A stretch of 48,069 nucleotides of DNA from IMG/VR virus record IMGVR_UViG_3300031234_000002; one strand, given 5' to 3'. This document shows, piece after piece, positions 47,906 to 48,069 of this stretch; position 1 is the first letter of the stretch, and every line of letters starts with the position of its first letter. The position numbers and the translations under genes were made by a program. A model generated the notes under the pieces. The model saw only the letters and a program-made list of their open reading frames with translations. It made no database searches and was not told where the DNA came from. This stretch comes from a virus.

Positions 47906-48069
47906 ATGTCTACCCTTAATCAACTTTGCAAGGAACTCAGCTCCATATACGGATCACGCGGATATCGCATTACGAACGATGGTGAAGTTCACGTTCGTCG
48001 CCAATCTAACGAGAGGTGCGGCGATACCTACTATTGGGCCTTTTACGGCTACGTGGAAACGCTTTTGGC
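47906..48069 (+). CDS. 5' part of the junction-spanning 56-aa hypothetical protein (continues at 3..134)
   Basis: ATG after CTCGGAGGAAATCACA. The ORF is cut by the window end only because of linearisation. Confidence 0.5.
   Translation, partial: MSTLNQLCKELSSIYGSRGYRITNDGEVHVRRQSNERCGDTYYWAFYGYVETLL
47943..48069. repeat. Terminal overlap, copy 2 (identical to 1..127)
   Basis: 127/127 identity, read directly. Confidence 0.97.

Noticed and set aside
1-48069. I searched by eye for a CRISPR array, tRNA/tmRNA genes, a reverse transcriptase or DGR template/variable repeat pair, integrase/excisionase, and toxin-antitoxin pairs.
   Set aside because: There are no spaced direct-repeat arrays. No intergenic gap has cloverleaf potential (the only gap over 130 nt is 46483..46919). 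There is no RT (YxDD) or tyrosine/serine recombinase signature in any ORF. The repeated protein domains are diverged in the manner of normal paralogues, not adenine-specific DGR variants.

Overview
The window is a complete, end-overlapping genome (1..127 is identical to 47943..48069; unique length 47,942 bp) of a tailed dsDNA phage with a contractile tail. The host is unknown and the 127-nt overlap suggests a metagenome assembly. There are four blocks. (i) A + strand early/accessory operon crosses the junction (46920 -> 1361) and encodes zinc-ribbon mini-proteins and a Ser/Ala tandem-repeat protein. (ii) A - strand replication/modification operon (9238 -> 1382) encodes an SNF2 helicase, a beta-class N6/N4 DNA methyltransferase, a DExH helicase, a C5-methyltransferase remnant, VRR-NUC, a mini TetR-like HTH protein and an AEP primase-SF3 helicase. 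(iii) A + strand replication operon (9393 -> 16027) encodes a Cas4-like PD-(D/E)XK nuclease, an OB-fold SSB, a ParB-like protein and a compact family-B DNA polymerase. (iv) A long - strand late operon (46482 -> 15975) runs TerS, TerL, portal, Mu-F-like protein, scaffold/protease, cement protein, major capsid, neck, sheath, tube, chaperone with a -1 frameshift, tape measure with a lysozyme domain, baseplate and fibres. I saw no integrase, tRNA, CRISPR array or reverse transcriptase. The best candidates for something new are five. (a) An inverted + strand accessory island (39507..40890) splits the head-morphogenesis operon; it carries a T4 Imm-like superinfection-immunity protein plus five unknown mini-proteins. 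(b) That island is driven by a 57-nt promoter/operator/leader cassette that is duplicated (91% identical) in front of the junction-spanning accessory operon. (c) A translationally coupled pair of apparently exported proteins sits inside the baseplate operon: a 1321-aa signal-peptide fibre with an SGNH esterase signature, and a Cys-rich putative lipoprotein. (d) One ~65-aa 'PHGLG' domain occurs three times in a baseplate protein and is also inserted into two neck proteins. (e) Several short exact boundary duplications flank small genes and look like gene-insertion scars. All family names are recognised by eye from memory and need HMM confirmation.
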